64,000 nt of DNA from an uncultured Rivularia sp. (GCA_963665115.1 OY762007.1:1664001-1728000); one strand, 5' to 3'; shown: positions 45,167 to 56,757, numbered from the stretch's first letter. Notes: a model not told the origin generated them from the letters alone. Numbers and translations are program-made.

Positions 45167-45384
45167 GATAAGTAAGAAGTAAGAAGTAAAAAGTAAGAAG
45201 TCAAAAGTAAGAAGTAATAAACTTGTAGGGTGCTGTACTTACGAGATAATTGTCGATTTTGACAATGAATTGTCGTCTTACCGTCACGCACCAATCAGTA
45301 TTTAGAAGTCAAAAGTAAGAGGTAAGAAGTAATTAATAATTGATAATTGTTCACTGCTTACTAATAACTGATAACTGTTCACTG

Positions 45385-45975
45385 TTAACTGTTAACTGAA
45401 AACTGCTCGACAATTCGCTTTAATTCTTGAACCATAAAAGAATCAGCATCAGCTTTCAAAAATAATTGCAATAAAGTCTGGTAGTACCATAATGTTCCTT
45501 CTTTACCACCTTTAAATTTTCCCCAAGTAGATTCACCATTGTTAGATAAATCTCTCAAAATACTGCGAGCGTTATGCAATTTGTCAGCTAGCGATACCTT
45601 ACGAATAGAAGCAGAAGCACCACGCAAATTATCAATATATTGCTGTTTGCGCTGCAACCAAGGAGGTTTTGGTATAGTATTCGTATCGCTGCAACCATCA
45701 ACTATTTCCGCAACTTTTAGTCCAAACATATCAAAAATTACTTCACGAGTTGCTTGTCCTCCTTGGTCTTCTACTGCATCATGTAATAATGCAGCGATAG
45801 CTTCATCTTCATCACCACCATCTTCTAACACCAATGCAGTAACGCTTAAAAGATGACTAATATACGGAATATTGCTTCCCTTCCTTATTTGTTCGCGATG
45901 TAATCTTGAAGCATAAACTAAAGCTTGTTCAAAACGATTTGTTAAAAAATATTTTTGTGTTGTGTTTAAATTCAT
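45385..45975 (-). CDS. HD-domain protein, RelA/SpoT hydrolase (Mesh1/SAH)-like
   Basis: H..Q.RK...PYISH, AALLHDAVED, ADKLHN. Confidence 0.85.
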   Translation of the reverse strand: MNLNTTQKYFLTNRFEQALVYASRLHREQIRKGSNIPYISHLLSVTALVLEDGGDEDEAIAALLHDAVEDQGGQATREVIFDMFGLKVAEIVDGCSDTNTIPKPPWLQRKQQYIDNLRGASASIRKVSLADKLHNARSILRDLSNNGESTWGKFKGGKEGTLWYYQTLLQLFLKADADSFMVQELKRIVEQFSVNS

Positions 45976-46062
45976 ATTATTTAAAGGTCAAAGGTCAAAG
46001 GTTAAAGGTTAAAGGTAAATTAGAAAAGGTAACAAGGAGAAAAATAACTCCTAACTGTTCTC

Positions 46063-47592
46063 TTATATATAAAGCTTATAAGTAGCTTCCATTTCTCTTC
46101 TCATTCTGTCTCTTAAATCCAAAGGAAAAATCACTTCAACATTTGGACACCAAGCTCGTAAACGCATGACAATATTATTGTCGTCAACTCGATAATCAAT
46201 TTTGCAATAAATATCGTATTCGGAACGAGATTGTACTGTAGAAATCAATTGTTTCTGTTCTAAAGATGCTTTTGGTGTGTAAGATTTAATCAGTTTTTCT
46301 ACCTGTTTACGGGTAATTTTATGAAACATATCATCTCTTTCTGTTCCTTCGATATAATTACCGTAAAAATATTGGTCAAATCTTAGTATTAATAATGCTT
46401 GGGGTTTATGAATATCAAATCCCCAAACTGCTGACATTTTATCTTTAATTTCATCTGGATTTGGTGGATATTTACCGTAACATTTATCTAAAAAGTGTTT
46501 GGGTATATCAAGGTTATCTGCATTAGAATCTAATTTATTTAATTCATCTAAATTAATAATTTTATCAAGTCGATAGTCATACCAATCTATTTTACTCCAA
46601 GGATTCTTCCTGTTTGACTGAGGAATTTGACCATAAGCAAATAAATAAGGTGCGCGTTTATAGTAATAAATACAGACTGGATAAACAATACAATCAATTG
46701 TTTCTTGATATAGTTTAGCGCTACGATAGTTTAATTTAACTAATGGTACTTTGTCCCTTTTCCAAAGACTTTTTATTTTCTGCTGCAATAGCTCTATATG
46801 TTCGTTTAAACTTGAATGAACTATATATTCTGCATGAATAAAAAATCTTTGTATACCGTTAATAGGTTGTGAAAGAGAATTATTAAAAGCTGATAATTCA
46901 TGATTTGTGAATTGTTCTGAGGTAATTTCTTTGTTCTTCAGAGAACTTAAGAAAACTTCCGGGAATCGATTTACTTTTGTATATATAACTTTGCCACTAT
47001 ATTTTTTGATATTTAACCAACCTAAATTTACTAAAGATTGAAAATCGTGGTCTTTTAAATTACGAGCAGTAACTGCAAACAAACGTCCTTCTGGTAACGA
47101 TTTGGAAAATTTTTTATTAACAGTTAACGATTTTACTTCTGATTGCATGTGTTGAGATTTATTTTTAGCTATTCCACCTTGGAGTAGATTATTTAGTTCA
47201 TCACCTTCAAAAGAATAATATTTTTTTAGCGATTGACACCAGCGGTTTTCATCAATTCTTAAACTTGATTCAAACAACCATTGCTTTAGTTTAATAGCAC
47301 ATCGACATTCTTCTTTGATAAAATCTTGGTTTAACTCATTTAGGCTATGTAAGCTTGGTATACAATCACGTTTATGATATTTCTTAGCATCAATAAAAAA
47401 TAAATCGCGCCATTCTAAAAAACTAAACTCTTCTTTCAAGTCTAATTTTACTTCATCACTTTCATCCCCATAAATAGAACGTAAGATAACCCATAACCTT
47501 ACAGCTTTTGCTAAATTTTGCTTCAGAGAACCTGCTGTTAATATCTTGAGAACTTCAACACTAGGAGGATAGTTAAAAACTTCTCTCTTCAT
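46063..47592 (-). CDS. CRISPR-associated WYL-domain regulator (TIGR03985-like)
   Basis: VYPVCIYY..RAPYLFAYG, YRLDKI, RLRAW.PNVEV..P..LR. Confidence 0.85.
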   Translation of the reverse strand: MKREVFNYPPSVEVLKILTAGSLKQNLAKAVRLWVILRSIYGDESDEVKLDLKEEFSFLEWRDLFFIDAKKYHKRDCIPSLHSLNELNQDFIKEECRCAIKLKQWLFESSLRIDENRWCQSLKKYYSFEGDELNNLLQGGIAKNKSQHMQSEVKSLTVNKKFSKSLPEGRLFAVTARNLKDHDFQSLVNLGWLNIKKYSGKVIYTKVNRFPEVFLSSLKNKEITSEQFTNHELSAFNNSLSQPINGIQRFFIHAEYIVHSSLNEHIELLQQKIKSLWKRDKVPLVKLNYRSAKLYQETIDCIVYPVCIYYYKRAPYLFAYGQIPQSNRKNPWSKIDWYDYRLDKIINLDELNKLDSNADNLDIPKHFLDKCYGKYPPNPDEIKDKMSAVWGFDIHKPQALLILRFDQYFYGNYIEGTERDDMFHKITRKQVEKLIKSYTPKASLEQKQLISTVQSRSEYDIYCKIDYRVDDNNIVMRLRAWCPNVEVIFPLDLRDRMRREMEATYKLYI

Positions 47593-47640
47593 TCTGCTTT
47601 GATTTGTACTTTTGGTAGATGTCTCTACTTTAACAGCAGG

Positions 47641-47658
47641 TGGAATACGCTATTTCCA
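47641..47658. promoter_or_regulatory. Operator copy in the divergent promoter of the WYL and Zn-finger genes
   Basis: TGGAATACGCTATTTCCA, with TGtTAAAGT (minus) and TAAAAT (plus) -10-like boxes on either side. Confidence 0.7.
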
Positions 47659-47742
47659 TCTTGTCGCTTAAATAATAATAGCTTTACTTTTTATATTGCT
47701 CCCGCAAGTAATTAGTTTTTTATTCATTACGGAAATATTATT

Positions 47743-48099
47743 ATGACCAAATTTCAAGAACGATTCAATGCAAAAATGAAAGAATGGTACGACAGTGAAA
47801 AGAGCAGCAGCAACCTTTTTACTACAGAATATCAAAGAATGCTTGCTTATCTATGGTCTTTTAATGAAGCTAGAAAATCTGAAGAGAATAATTCAGAAAT
47901 CAAAGAATTTGGAAGTGCAAATAGGAAAGCTATTGGAGATTCAAATTACGATAATTTGCTTCGTACAAGAGACTATTGCTGTCGTTGTGGAGAAACATAT
48001 AGATTAGAAAATCTATCTATTTGTGTAGAATGCGATAATCTTTTTTGCTATCGTTGCAGTCGTAAAAAATGCGGTTGCGGTGGGGAAGTTGTGGGCTAG
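47743..48099 (+). CDS. Small protein with Cys-rich C-terminal Zn-binding domain
   Basis: CCRCG..CVEC..FCYRC..CGCGG. Confidence 0.65.
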   Translation: MTKFQERFNAKMKEWYDSEKSSSNLFTTEYQRMLAYLWSFNEARKSEENNSEIKEFGSANRKAIGDSNYDNLLRTRDYCCRCGETYRLENLSICVECDNLFCYRCSRKKCGCGGEVVG

Positions 48100-48439
48100 T
48101 ACCGCTACGCGGAAGTAAGAAGTAAAAAGTAATAAACTCGTAGGGTGCTGTGACGGTTACAGAAATTTTCTATTATGAAAATGATAATTGCCGTCTTACC
48201 GTCACGCACCAATATGACTTCATTCCTCGATAAAATTCCCCAATCGCAATTAACTTGATATCATATGTACTTGTCTGTATATAGTCGTCTATGAAATGGT
48301 TCATTTAGTACAACAAAATCACAACCGAGACTTTTGGGATAGAGTAGAGAGAATTTTACCCGATTGGGAAGAACGAAAAGAATGGTTAGCGAAAAATGGC
48401 GCGGTTTTTACGCTGTAATTGATTTTGGAAAGTGGTTCT

Positions 48440-48703
48440 TCAACTTTTATCTCGGTAAACTTCCCGACGATGTTTTACTTTAACGACAGTCACTAATAAA
48501 ATATCATCATATATTTGGTAAATAATTCGATAATCACCGACTCTAATACGATACAAATCATCATCCTGTAACTTTTTAACCCCACTTGGGCGAGGTTCTA
48601 TTGCTAATTCTTGAATTTTTGCATCTATTCGTTCTTTAATATCTTTTGGTAGTTTTTTGAGTTGCTTTGATGCACCCTTAGTCAATTCAACTTGATAATT
48701 CAC
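48440..48703 (-). CDS. relE: RelE/ParE family toxin
   Basis: PRPSGVKKL, YRIRVGDYRIIY, HRREVY. Confidence 0.92.
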   Translation of the reverse strand: MNYQVELTKGASKQLKKLPKDIKERIDAKIQELAIEPRPSGVKKLQDDDLYRIRVGDYRIIYQIYDDILLVTVVKVKHRREVYRDKS

Positions 48704-48897
48704 GCAGTTTCTCTCTTATATTCTTCCCATGAGATTGTTCCGTTTCTCTTCGCATCTGCTAATTGGGCACGAGCATCTCTAATGTCTTCTTCATCTTCTA
48801 ATAGTTCTAAAACTTTTTCTAAAGTACTTTCGGGTGCTATATCCAAATGTGCGGATATTAATTGAATTAAATCTTGACGTTTTGTTTTAGTTTCCAT
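48700..48897 (-). CDS. Antitoxin of the RelE pair
   Basis: Acidic LEDEEDIRDA..ISWEE; overlaps the toxin start. Confidence 0.8.
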   Translation of the reverse strand: METKTKRQDLIQLISAHLDIAPESTLEKVLELLEDEEDIRDARAQLADAKRNGTISWEEYKRETA

Positions 48898-48965
48898 AGC
48901 TATTTATGTTTATTTCCTAAAGGTTATTATAGACTCATTAATAGCAAGATATTGTACGTTACTTA

Positions 48966-49457
48966 TTTTACCCAATCTAAATCTATGTTTGGTTGAAAAA
49001 AATTAATGCTTACAAACAAGTGTTGATTTCAACAAGCAACCATAATAATTGGGGGAAAATAATGATTCAAGCAATTGATTCAGAACAGGTATTCGTTTCA
49101 AACTTAGAACAGTTCATCAGTAAAGCTGACAAATTTATCAAAATATATTATTCGGGTGTCAGTGATGAAAATCACGTTCAAGAAATAGTACAAGAATTGA
49201 AAAATTTAATATTAGATACCGACTTGAAACAATTGGAAATTGATTACCAGAACTATTGTGAAATTAAAGACTTGATGGGGGATTGGGATGAATCGGCTTG
49301 GTTTTGAATGGGTGTGAAAGGTTGATTTAGTTTTCTACCGCACCTAATGCTTTGAGCGTAGAGATTTCGGCTTCGGTTAAGCCTTTGACACCTGTGATGT
49401 TCATGCGTTCGTAAGGGCGATCGCTCTTTAGTGTTTTTAGACATTCGCCAGTTTTAA
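48966..49457 (+). repeat. Right copy of the ~490 bp direct duplication, containing 81 aa ORF 49062..49307
   Basis: Matches 19047-19538. Confidence 0.9.
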
Positions 49458-52400
49458 TGTCCCAAAGTTTTGTAGTTTCATCCATGCTATAACTACCAAG
49501 AGTTTTACCATCAGGACTAAATGTAACTGACCTTACCGAATTGGTATGCCCTTCTAGAGTATGAACACATTTTCCGTTATTAATATCCCAAAGCCTTGCG
49601 GTTAAGTCGCGGCTCCCACTAGCAAGCGTATTACCATCGGGACTAAATGCAATTGTATGTACGCGATCCAAGTGACCCCTCAAAAGTATGGACACATTTA
49701 CCAGTTGCAATATTCCATAGCTTTATAGTTTCGTCATCACTCCCACTAGCAAGCGTGCTGCCATCTGGACTAAATGCTAATGAGCATATTTCATTAATAT
49801 GTCCTTCTAAAGTTTTAATCAGTTTTCCAAGACTAACATCCCATAACTTTATAATTAGGTCATAACCTGCACAGGCAAGAATTTTACTATCTGGACTAAA
49901 AGTAACTGAATTAACCCAGTCTGTATCTCCCTGCAAGGTATGAACACATTCTCCTGTCAAAACATTCCACAGCTTTACTACTGCATCATGATCTCCACTC
50001 GCAAGAATTTTACCATCTGGACTAAATGCTAATGAATTTATCCAATTCGTGTCTGAATGCAAAGTATGCACACATTTTCCAGTACTAAGATGCCAGAGTT
50101 TTATTGTTGAATCATAATCCCCACTCGCAAGAATTTTACCATCTGCACTGAAAGCAACTGCTCTTACCACACTACTGTGCCCTTCATAAGTATGAACACA
50201 TTCTCTGTTAGCAATATTCCATAATCTTACAGTTGGCTCACCACTACCACTAACAAACTTCTTAAAATCTGGACTAAAGGCAATGGCTCTTACTAAATTA
50301 GTATGTCTTTGCAAAGTATATAGGCATTTTTTTGTAGAAACATCCCATAACTTTATAATTTGGTTATAACCAGCACTAGCAAATATCTTGCCATCTGGAC
50401 TAAAAGCAACGGCATTCACCGAACTGGTATGTCCTTCTAAAATATGTAAGCATTTTCCAGTAGTATCCCAAAACCTTACTGTTTGGTCATCACTTCCACT
50501 AGCAATTATCTTGCAATCTGGGCTAAAAGCTACTGAATCTATTCGATGAGTATGTCCTTGTAAAGTACAAACACATTCTCCGGTTGCAATATCCCACAAC
50601 TTTACAGTTTTATCAAAACTACCACTGGCAACTATCTTGTTATTAGAACTGAAAACAACTGAAGTTACTTTGTGAGTATGTCCTTTGAAAGTCTTAAGTA
50701 ATTTTTTAGTTGCAATATCCCATAATTTTACAGTTTTATCTCTACTACCACTAGCAATTATCTTGCCATCTGGGCTGAAAGTAACCGAGCATATCCTTAA
50801 CTCGTGCCCTTGCAAAGTTTGTAGACATTTTCCTGTTATGATATTGTTCCAAAATTTTAAAGTATTATCCGCACCGCAACTTGCGATTATTCTGCCATCT
50901 GGGCTAAAAGCGACGGAACTCACCCAATGAAAATGACCTTCTAAAATATAAACACATTCTCCAGTCACAATATTCCATAACCGGATAGTGCGATCTCCAC
51001 TGCAACTAGCAAGCATTTTGCCATCTGGGCTAAAAGCTAATGCATTTATCCAATGAGTATGTCCTCTACAAATTAAGATTTGTCTCCCATTGGCAGTGTC
51101 CCACAAACGAACCATATTGCTACTATCACCTGTAGCTAATAATTTACTGTCCGGACTAAATTCTACTGCTGTAACATCACCTAAATTACTAGTAAAAATG
51201 CAGTCAGCCAAATTCGCCTTTGCAAAATCAACACCGCTCAAACTCGCATCACTAAAATCCGCTCCTTTAACCACAGCAGCCGATAAATCCTTCCCTTCCA
51301 AACTTTCATTATCAAACTTCACTGCCAAAGTAGTTGCATTCCCGCCAATATAATCAACCTCCGCTTCGCTCTTACCCTTAGTCTCTTCAATTACCTTAAC
51401 CAGCGCTTCATTATCCCCCACCATTCCCAACATCAGATCCATCACCGCTAAAGTAAGTGGCGATCGCCCAAAATTTCCCCTCAATTTCTCCAAAGATTCT
51501 TTAGTAAATCCCTTTAATGGAGCAATCGCAATACAATTTCCCGAATTATCTAACTGTCGCTCAAAATAACCAGACCAAGTATAATCAACGGGTACAGCAG
51601 CCACATCCAAACAAGATTGTGAAGAAGCTAATTCCGTAAAATCATCAGCTAAAGCTCCCAACTCAGCCGCAAATTTATACGCTACAAAAAATTCCAATAA
51701 CGAACGATGAGCCGGAGTATAATCTCCATTAGCATTACGAATCAGCATCGTTTGCCCCATCATATCGTAATGCCAATGATCCAAGTCATTTTGTTCTTGC
51801 ACCATAGAACCAAATAAGCGCCGAATCCTATCGGGAAACAACTTATAGTTAATGCTCATTTGGTCGCTCGAAAGCATTTCCCAAGATAGTTCGCACAAGA
51901 AATACAGCTTATCTGCCAAGGAAGTAAATGTGCGTTCGGCTTTGATATCCCGCTCCATCTTTCGTCGCACTGCATACAAATAAACCCGCGACATATCCAC
52001 AGGTTTACCCGCTTCAATATCTGGTAATGCTTCTAAAATTAAATCGGTCATTACCGGACGACGAGCCAAGTCCAACAATTGCGGATTGCCCATCACTTGG
52101 TCAACCGTTGCGGCTTCCGCTTGATGTAACAATACTTGTCTTATTTGCTCGTCGTTGAATTTCTCCAATTCCAACACTTCAAACTGGGGTGTTTCTCCGG
52201 TTAAGTTTTTAGTAGAAGCTTGTAACTCTGCGTTCAGTAAAGCCCGTCCTTCTTGAGCTTCGGGAAAATGTTCCGTGCGACAAGTTAAAATCACCTTGGC
52301 ACCCGGAACCACAACCTTAGCCAGTTCCCAGAAATTATTAATCATCTGCTGACGGTCAACTTTTGCAGCCATTTCGTCAAAACCGTCAAAAATTAGCAGC

Positions 52401-53792
52401 AGCTTACCCATGCGGTTCAACTGGTCGAAGACATCGCTATTTATGCGGATATTATGCTGAGTAAAAAAGAACCCAGCCAAAACATTTTCTACATTCAAAG
52501 CTTTAGCAAAATCCCGCAATGTAATTACTACAGGTAAACGGGGACGCTCTAAACCTCTTTTTTGAGCATCTTTGTAGCGCTGTAATGCAGTCCAAGCATA
52601 GTGAAAAGCAAACCAGGTTTTACCAGTACCGAATTCACCCAATATAGAAATATGCTCCTTTGCGGGGGTCATCCAACCATAAATCAATATAGCCATCAAT
52701 CCAACCGTCTTCTTCTTCATAACGGCTTACACCTATGCGTCGTTTAGTAACTGGGTCAAGTTCTTCCTTAGTACAGGCTAAAGGTACATACTTAGTATCA
52801 ACCTTTCGGCGTTTAATTTCCGCTTCCAACCAATTAACATAACCGCTAAAATCAGCATCAAGGTCAATCAGTTCGTCAAAAGTATAGCAATCAAGAAAAC
52901 GGTTTTCTTCCTTCTTAACCTCATCCCGCGCTGCTCTAGAAATTCGACGAGTAGTTACCAACCAACCTTCATCAGTTTTTTGTTCCTGCACCGAAGAACG
53001 CAAAGCCATAACATCGCTAAGTCCGATTTCTCCAGCAATTCCACGTACTAAGATGCGGTCAAAACTACGTCTTACAGGAATGTTAATGATAAATTCAAAA
53101 TACTCTTCTGCCCAAACTTCATGATTTTCAAAGCTATAACCTAAAGTTTCAAACCAACCGCGCATTTGTTGAGCTAATGCTATGGCTCTGCATTGATTTT
53201 CAGACGTTACCTGTAACGTCTCTACATTCTTGTCGGGTAATGCTGGATAATTCTGTGCTGCTAATCGTGCAATTTCTGTACGAATACCTTCTAAAGTCGG
53301 CATTCTATCAAGCTGCTCTTGAATATTTTTGATACTTGTATGTAAAGAACCAATTTGCTGGCTCATCATCGTATCTGCTGGGTTGCGGGTAAGTCTAACG
53401 ACTTGCGAAAACACGATGTAAAACGCTGCAATTTCCCGCTTGATATCAACTCTCAAACTTTTGATTTCATCACCCAAAGCATAAGCATCGACAAAAGCAT
53501 CTACCTCAGACAGCAATATTGAAGGGTTATTGTGGTCAAATGCTTTGCGAAACGCTGCTTTAATTTCTTGTTGACGAAACAACTCAAGAATGGGCTGTGG
53601 CTTACCAACACCATATTCTACAAGAGTATAAGCATATACCCCGCTAAAATCTCCCGGTGGATGCTCTGGGTCAATTTTAAACTGCTTAAGTAATTTAATT
53701 ACAGTTTCATTACGCTGAACCTTTTCTTTAATCACAGGTTGAGCGATGCCACTAATTGCTTTAAACAGCAAATCCAGATTAATTAGGCTCAT
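49327..53792 (-). CDS. NACHT NTPase with N-terminal helical and REase-like domains, pentapeptide and many WD40 repeats; two +1 frameshifts (~52665, ~49678)
   Basis: [36 protein letters not shown] repeats, PYE.MNITGV.GL C-terminus. Confidence 0.88.
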
Positions 53793-55230
53793 GGAAAGAG
53801 ATTGCGGTAAACAAAGGGTGTTGTAACTGTCAGCAGTTATTACCATTAAAAATTATACACCGCAATATCTTGGTCTAACTTTATACTTTTTCAATGATTT
53901 ATTTAAGTGGATATAGAAATAAAACATACACCTTGAAATAATAGTACGCAATTACTAAATTGTTGACAATAATTACTTCCGAAATCGCAAAGATTTAGTA
54001 TAATATTTGCGCCATCTTCCAAAAAGCAATGTAAGCGCGCATATCAAGTTAACCCACAACAAATAAACGCTACTCCCAACTCCGAATCAATCATGGGAGT
54101 GGTTGAACGCTTGACCTATCACTCCGAAGAGTCGGGTTATACGGTAGCGCGGTTACAGCGTCCAAGGGTATCGGAATTAACTACCATTACGGGCAGCTTT
54201 GCAGGTATTCAGCCCGGACAAACGCTTCAACTTAATGGTTTCTGGCGCGAACATCCCTGCGGACGGTTTGCAATTTCAAGTTACCAACTACAAGGAAACT
54301 AAACCAGCAACAATCACGGGAATCGAAAAGTATTTAGGTAGCGGATTAATTAAAGGAGTTGGTCCGGTAACAGCAAAACGTATCGTTGCTCATTTCGGTA
54401 CAGAAACTCTCGATATTATTGACAATCAAATCGAGCGATTGCAAGAAGTGAATGGCATTGCGAAGAAACGTATTGCCATGATTCAGAAAGCTTGGAAGGA
54501 GCAACGAGCCATAAAAGAAGTGATGGTATTTCTTCAAAGTCATGGTGTCTCAACAACCTACGCGGTGAAGATTTACAAACATTACGGTGATTTGGCAATC
54601 AATAAAGTTAACGAAAATCCTTACCAGCTAGCAACCGATATTTATGGAATTGGGTTTCTCACTGCTGATAAAATTGCTCGTAATTTGGGGGTTCCTCCAG
54701 ATTCGGAATTTAGATATAAAGCTGGTATTATCCACGTTTTAAGCGAAGCAGCAGATTCAGGACATTGTTATTTACCGCAACCGGAGTTAATACAACAGCT
54801 TTGTGAAAAACTAAAAACTGACGAACATCAACCACAAGAGGATGGATTAACAAAAGTCATCAGCGATATGTCTCTCAGCGATGAATTAATTAGAGAACGT
54901 GATGCTGATAAAGTATTACTCTGCTACAAACCAACCTTCTTCCATACCGAACAAAACCTAGCGCAACTTATACTTTCTCGTTTGCATCAAACGATAAATA
55001 CAGATATACCTCGCGTTCATAATTGGTTGGAGCGTTTTAGCCAAAGCCGTAAAGTTTCATTATCAACGGAACAGCTACAAGCAGTTGAAACCGCAGCTTA
55101 CTCAAAAATCATGGTAATCACTGGTGGTCCCGGTGTCGGTAAAACGTTTTGTACCCGGACTATTGTTTCATTATGGAAAGCGATGGGTAAATCAATCGCT
55201 CTAGCTGCACCAACTGGACGAGCTGCACAG

Positions 55231-55719
55231 AATAATTCGTAATTCGTAATTCGTAATTCGTAATTAATTAAGATTACATTTAAAAACTGAATATGAGATA
55301 ATTATTAATAGTTAATTGACATTATAAAGATGATTCATAATATTAGTATAACTGACAGAACTAAAAAGTTTGCAGTTAGAATTATAAAAGCTTGTTGCTT
55401 CCTAGATGAAAAACCAGGAGTTAATCGAATAATATCAAGCCAATTACTTCGTTCTGGAACATCTATTGGTGCTAATGTTCGAGAAGCACAATCGGCACAG
55501 TCTGATAAAGATTTTCTTAGTAAACTAGAAATCGCATTGAAAGAAGCAAGGGAAACTCAGTACTGGTTGGAAATTATAATTGAATCTGAGTTAGTAGAGA
55601 AATCTAAGTTTGATTCTTTACTTCAAGAAGCTAATGAAATTGGCAAGATATTAGTTTCTTCTACTAAAAAACTTAAACAGAAATAATTACGAATTACGAA
55701 TTACGAATTACGAATTATT
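55231..55719 (+). mobile_element. Four-helix-bundle cassette with perfect heptamer-array inverted ends
   Basis: 55231-55266 is the exact reverse complement of 55684-55719. Confidence 0.75.
55330..55686 (+). CDS. Four helix bundle protein (IVP/Avd-like), second paralog
   Basis: QLLRSGTSIGANVREAQSAQS..DF..K..IALKEARET.YW. Confidence 0.92.
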   Translation: MIHNISITDRTKKFAVRIIKACCFLDEKPGVNRIISSQLLRSGTSIGANVREAQSAQSDKDFLSKLEIALKEARETQYWLEIIIESELVEKSKFDSLLQEANEIGKILVSSTKKLKQK

Positions 55720-56234
55720 TTGGTATGCTTGATTTATTTTTGGCATATTCATTATTTGAAGCGGTAGCGGATGATACGCAACTTCTCCTTGTTGGGGATA
55801 TAGATCAGCTGCCGTCAGTCGGTGCTGGTAACGTTTTGGCAGATTTAATTCATTCGGGTAAAGTTCCGGTAGTACGGCTCACCCAAGTCTTTCGTCAAGC
55901 TGCAAGTAGTAAAATTATTACCGCATCTCACCAAATAAATCGCGGACAATATCCTTTGATTGAAACAATTTCCGATACCCCCGAATCGGATTGTTTGTGG
56001 CATGGAGGAGGTTTTCAGCCGGAGCATGGGGTACAAGCAATTAGCGAGTTAATCACAGATTTAATTCCCAGACTTGGTTTTAATCCTGTGACTGATGTAC
56101 AAGTACTCGCACCAATGACGAGAGGTTTGGTTGGTACGCGCAATCTTAACAACGTACTGCAAAAACTCATTAATCCTCCTAGTCCCCAGAAGATAGAAGT
56201 AACAAGGGGTGGGATAATTTTTCGAGTTGGCGAT

Positions 56235-56262
56235 ACACCCGGAGGGTGTCGGCTTCGCCTAT
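56235..56262. mobile_element. 28 nt small dispersed repeat inserted in a HIP1 site
   Basis: GCGAT[ACACCCGGAGGGTGTCGGCTTCGCCTAT]CGC; removal restores GCGATCGC and FRVGDRVIQ. Confidence 0.8.
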
Positions 56263-56757
56263 CGCGTTATTCAATTAACTAACGATTACCACCGGGAAGT
56301 TTTTAATGGGGATATGGGTTTTATTATTCATATTGACACTGAGGAACAGGAAGTTATCGTAAAATTTCAAGAACGTGATGTGATTTACGATTATGCCGAT
56401 TTAAACGAACTGGCCGTCTTCTTGGAGCGTTAGCATTCACAAATCCCAGGGTTCGGAATATCCGGTTGTATTTTTGCCACTATACTCGCAACATTTCGTA
56501 ATGTTGAGCAGGAATTTATTGTATACCGGCTTAACTCGTGCAAAGAAGTTAGCGATTATTATTGGTAGTAAGAAAGCGATAGGTATGTGCGTTCGTTCTA
56601 GAAAATCTCAGGAGCGATATACGCAGTTGAAGGAAAGGTTGATGAAAGTTTCTTGTATTCTAAATTAATTAACTAAAAGCTTTATTACAAAATTAAGATA
56701 ATAGGTTTTTAGACGTTAGATAATATCTACGACGGATATTTAAAGGAGATATTTAAC

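Larger units (their letters stand above)
54093..56668 (+). pseudogene. recD2: RecD2/TraA-like helicase, disrupted
   Basis: GVVERLT, HhH GVGP, GGPGVGKT, APTGRAA, GDIDQLPSVG, FRQA, IHKSQGSEY, LYTGLTRA. Broken by an inserted cassette, a 28 nt insertion and frameshifts. Confidence 0.9.

Noticed and set aside
44204..45300. Group II intron
   Set aside because: No maturase or endonuclease domain and no recognisable domain V; the RT runs into cas1.
45385..45975. Stand-alone HD protein as the missing Cas10 or Cas3 nuclease domain
   Set aside because: Motifs (PYISH, HDAVED, ADKLHN) are RelA/SpoT-hydrolase type, not Cas HD type.
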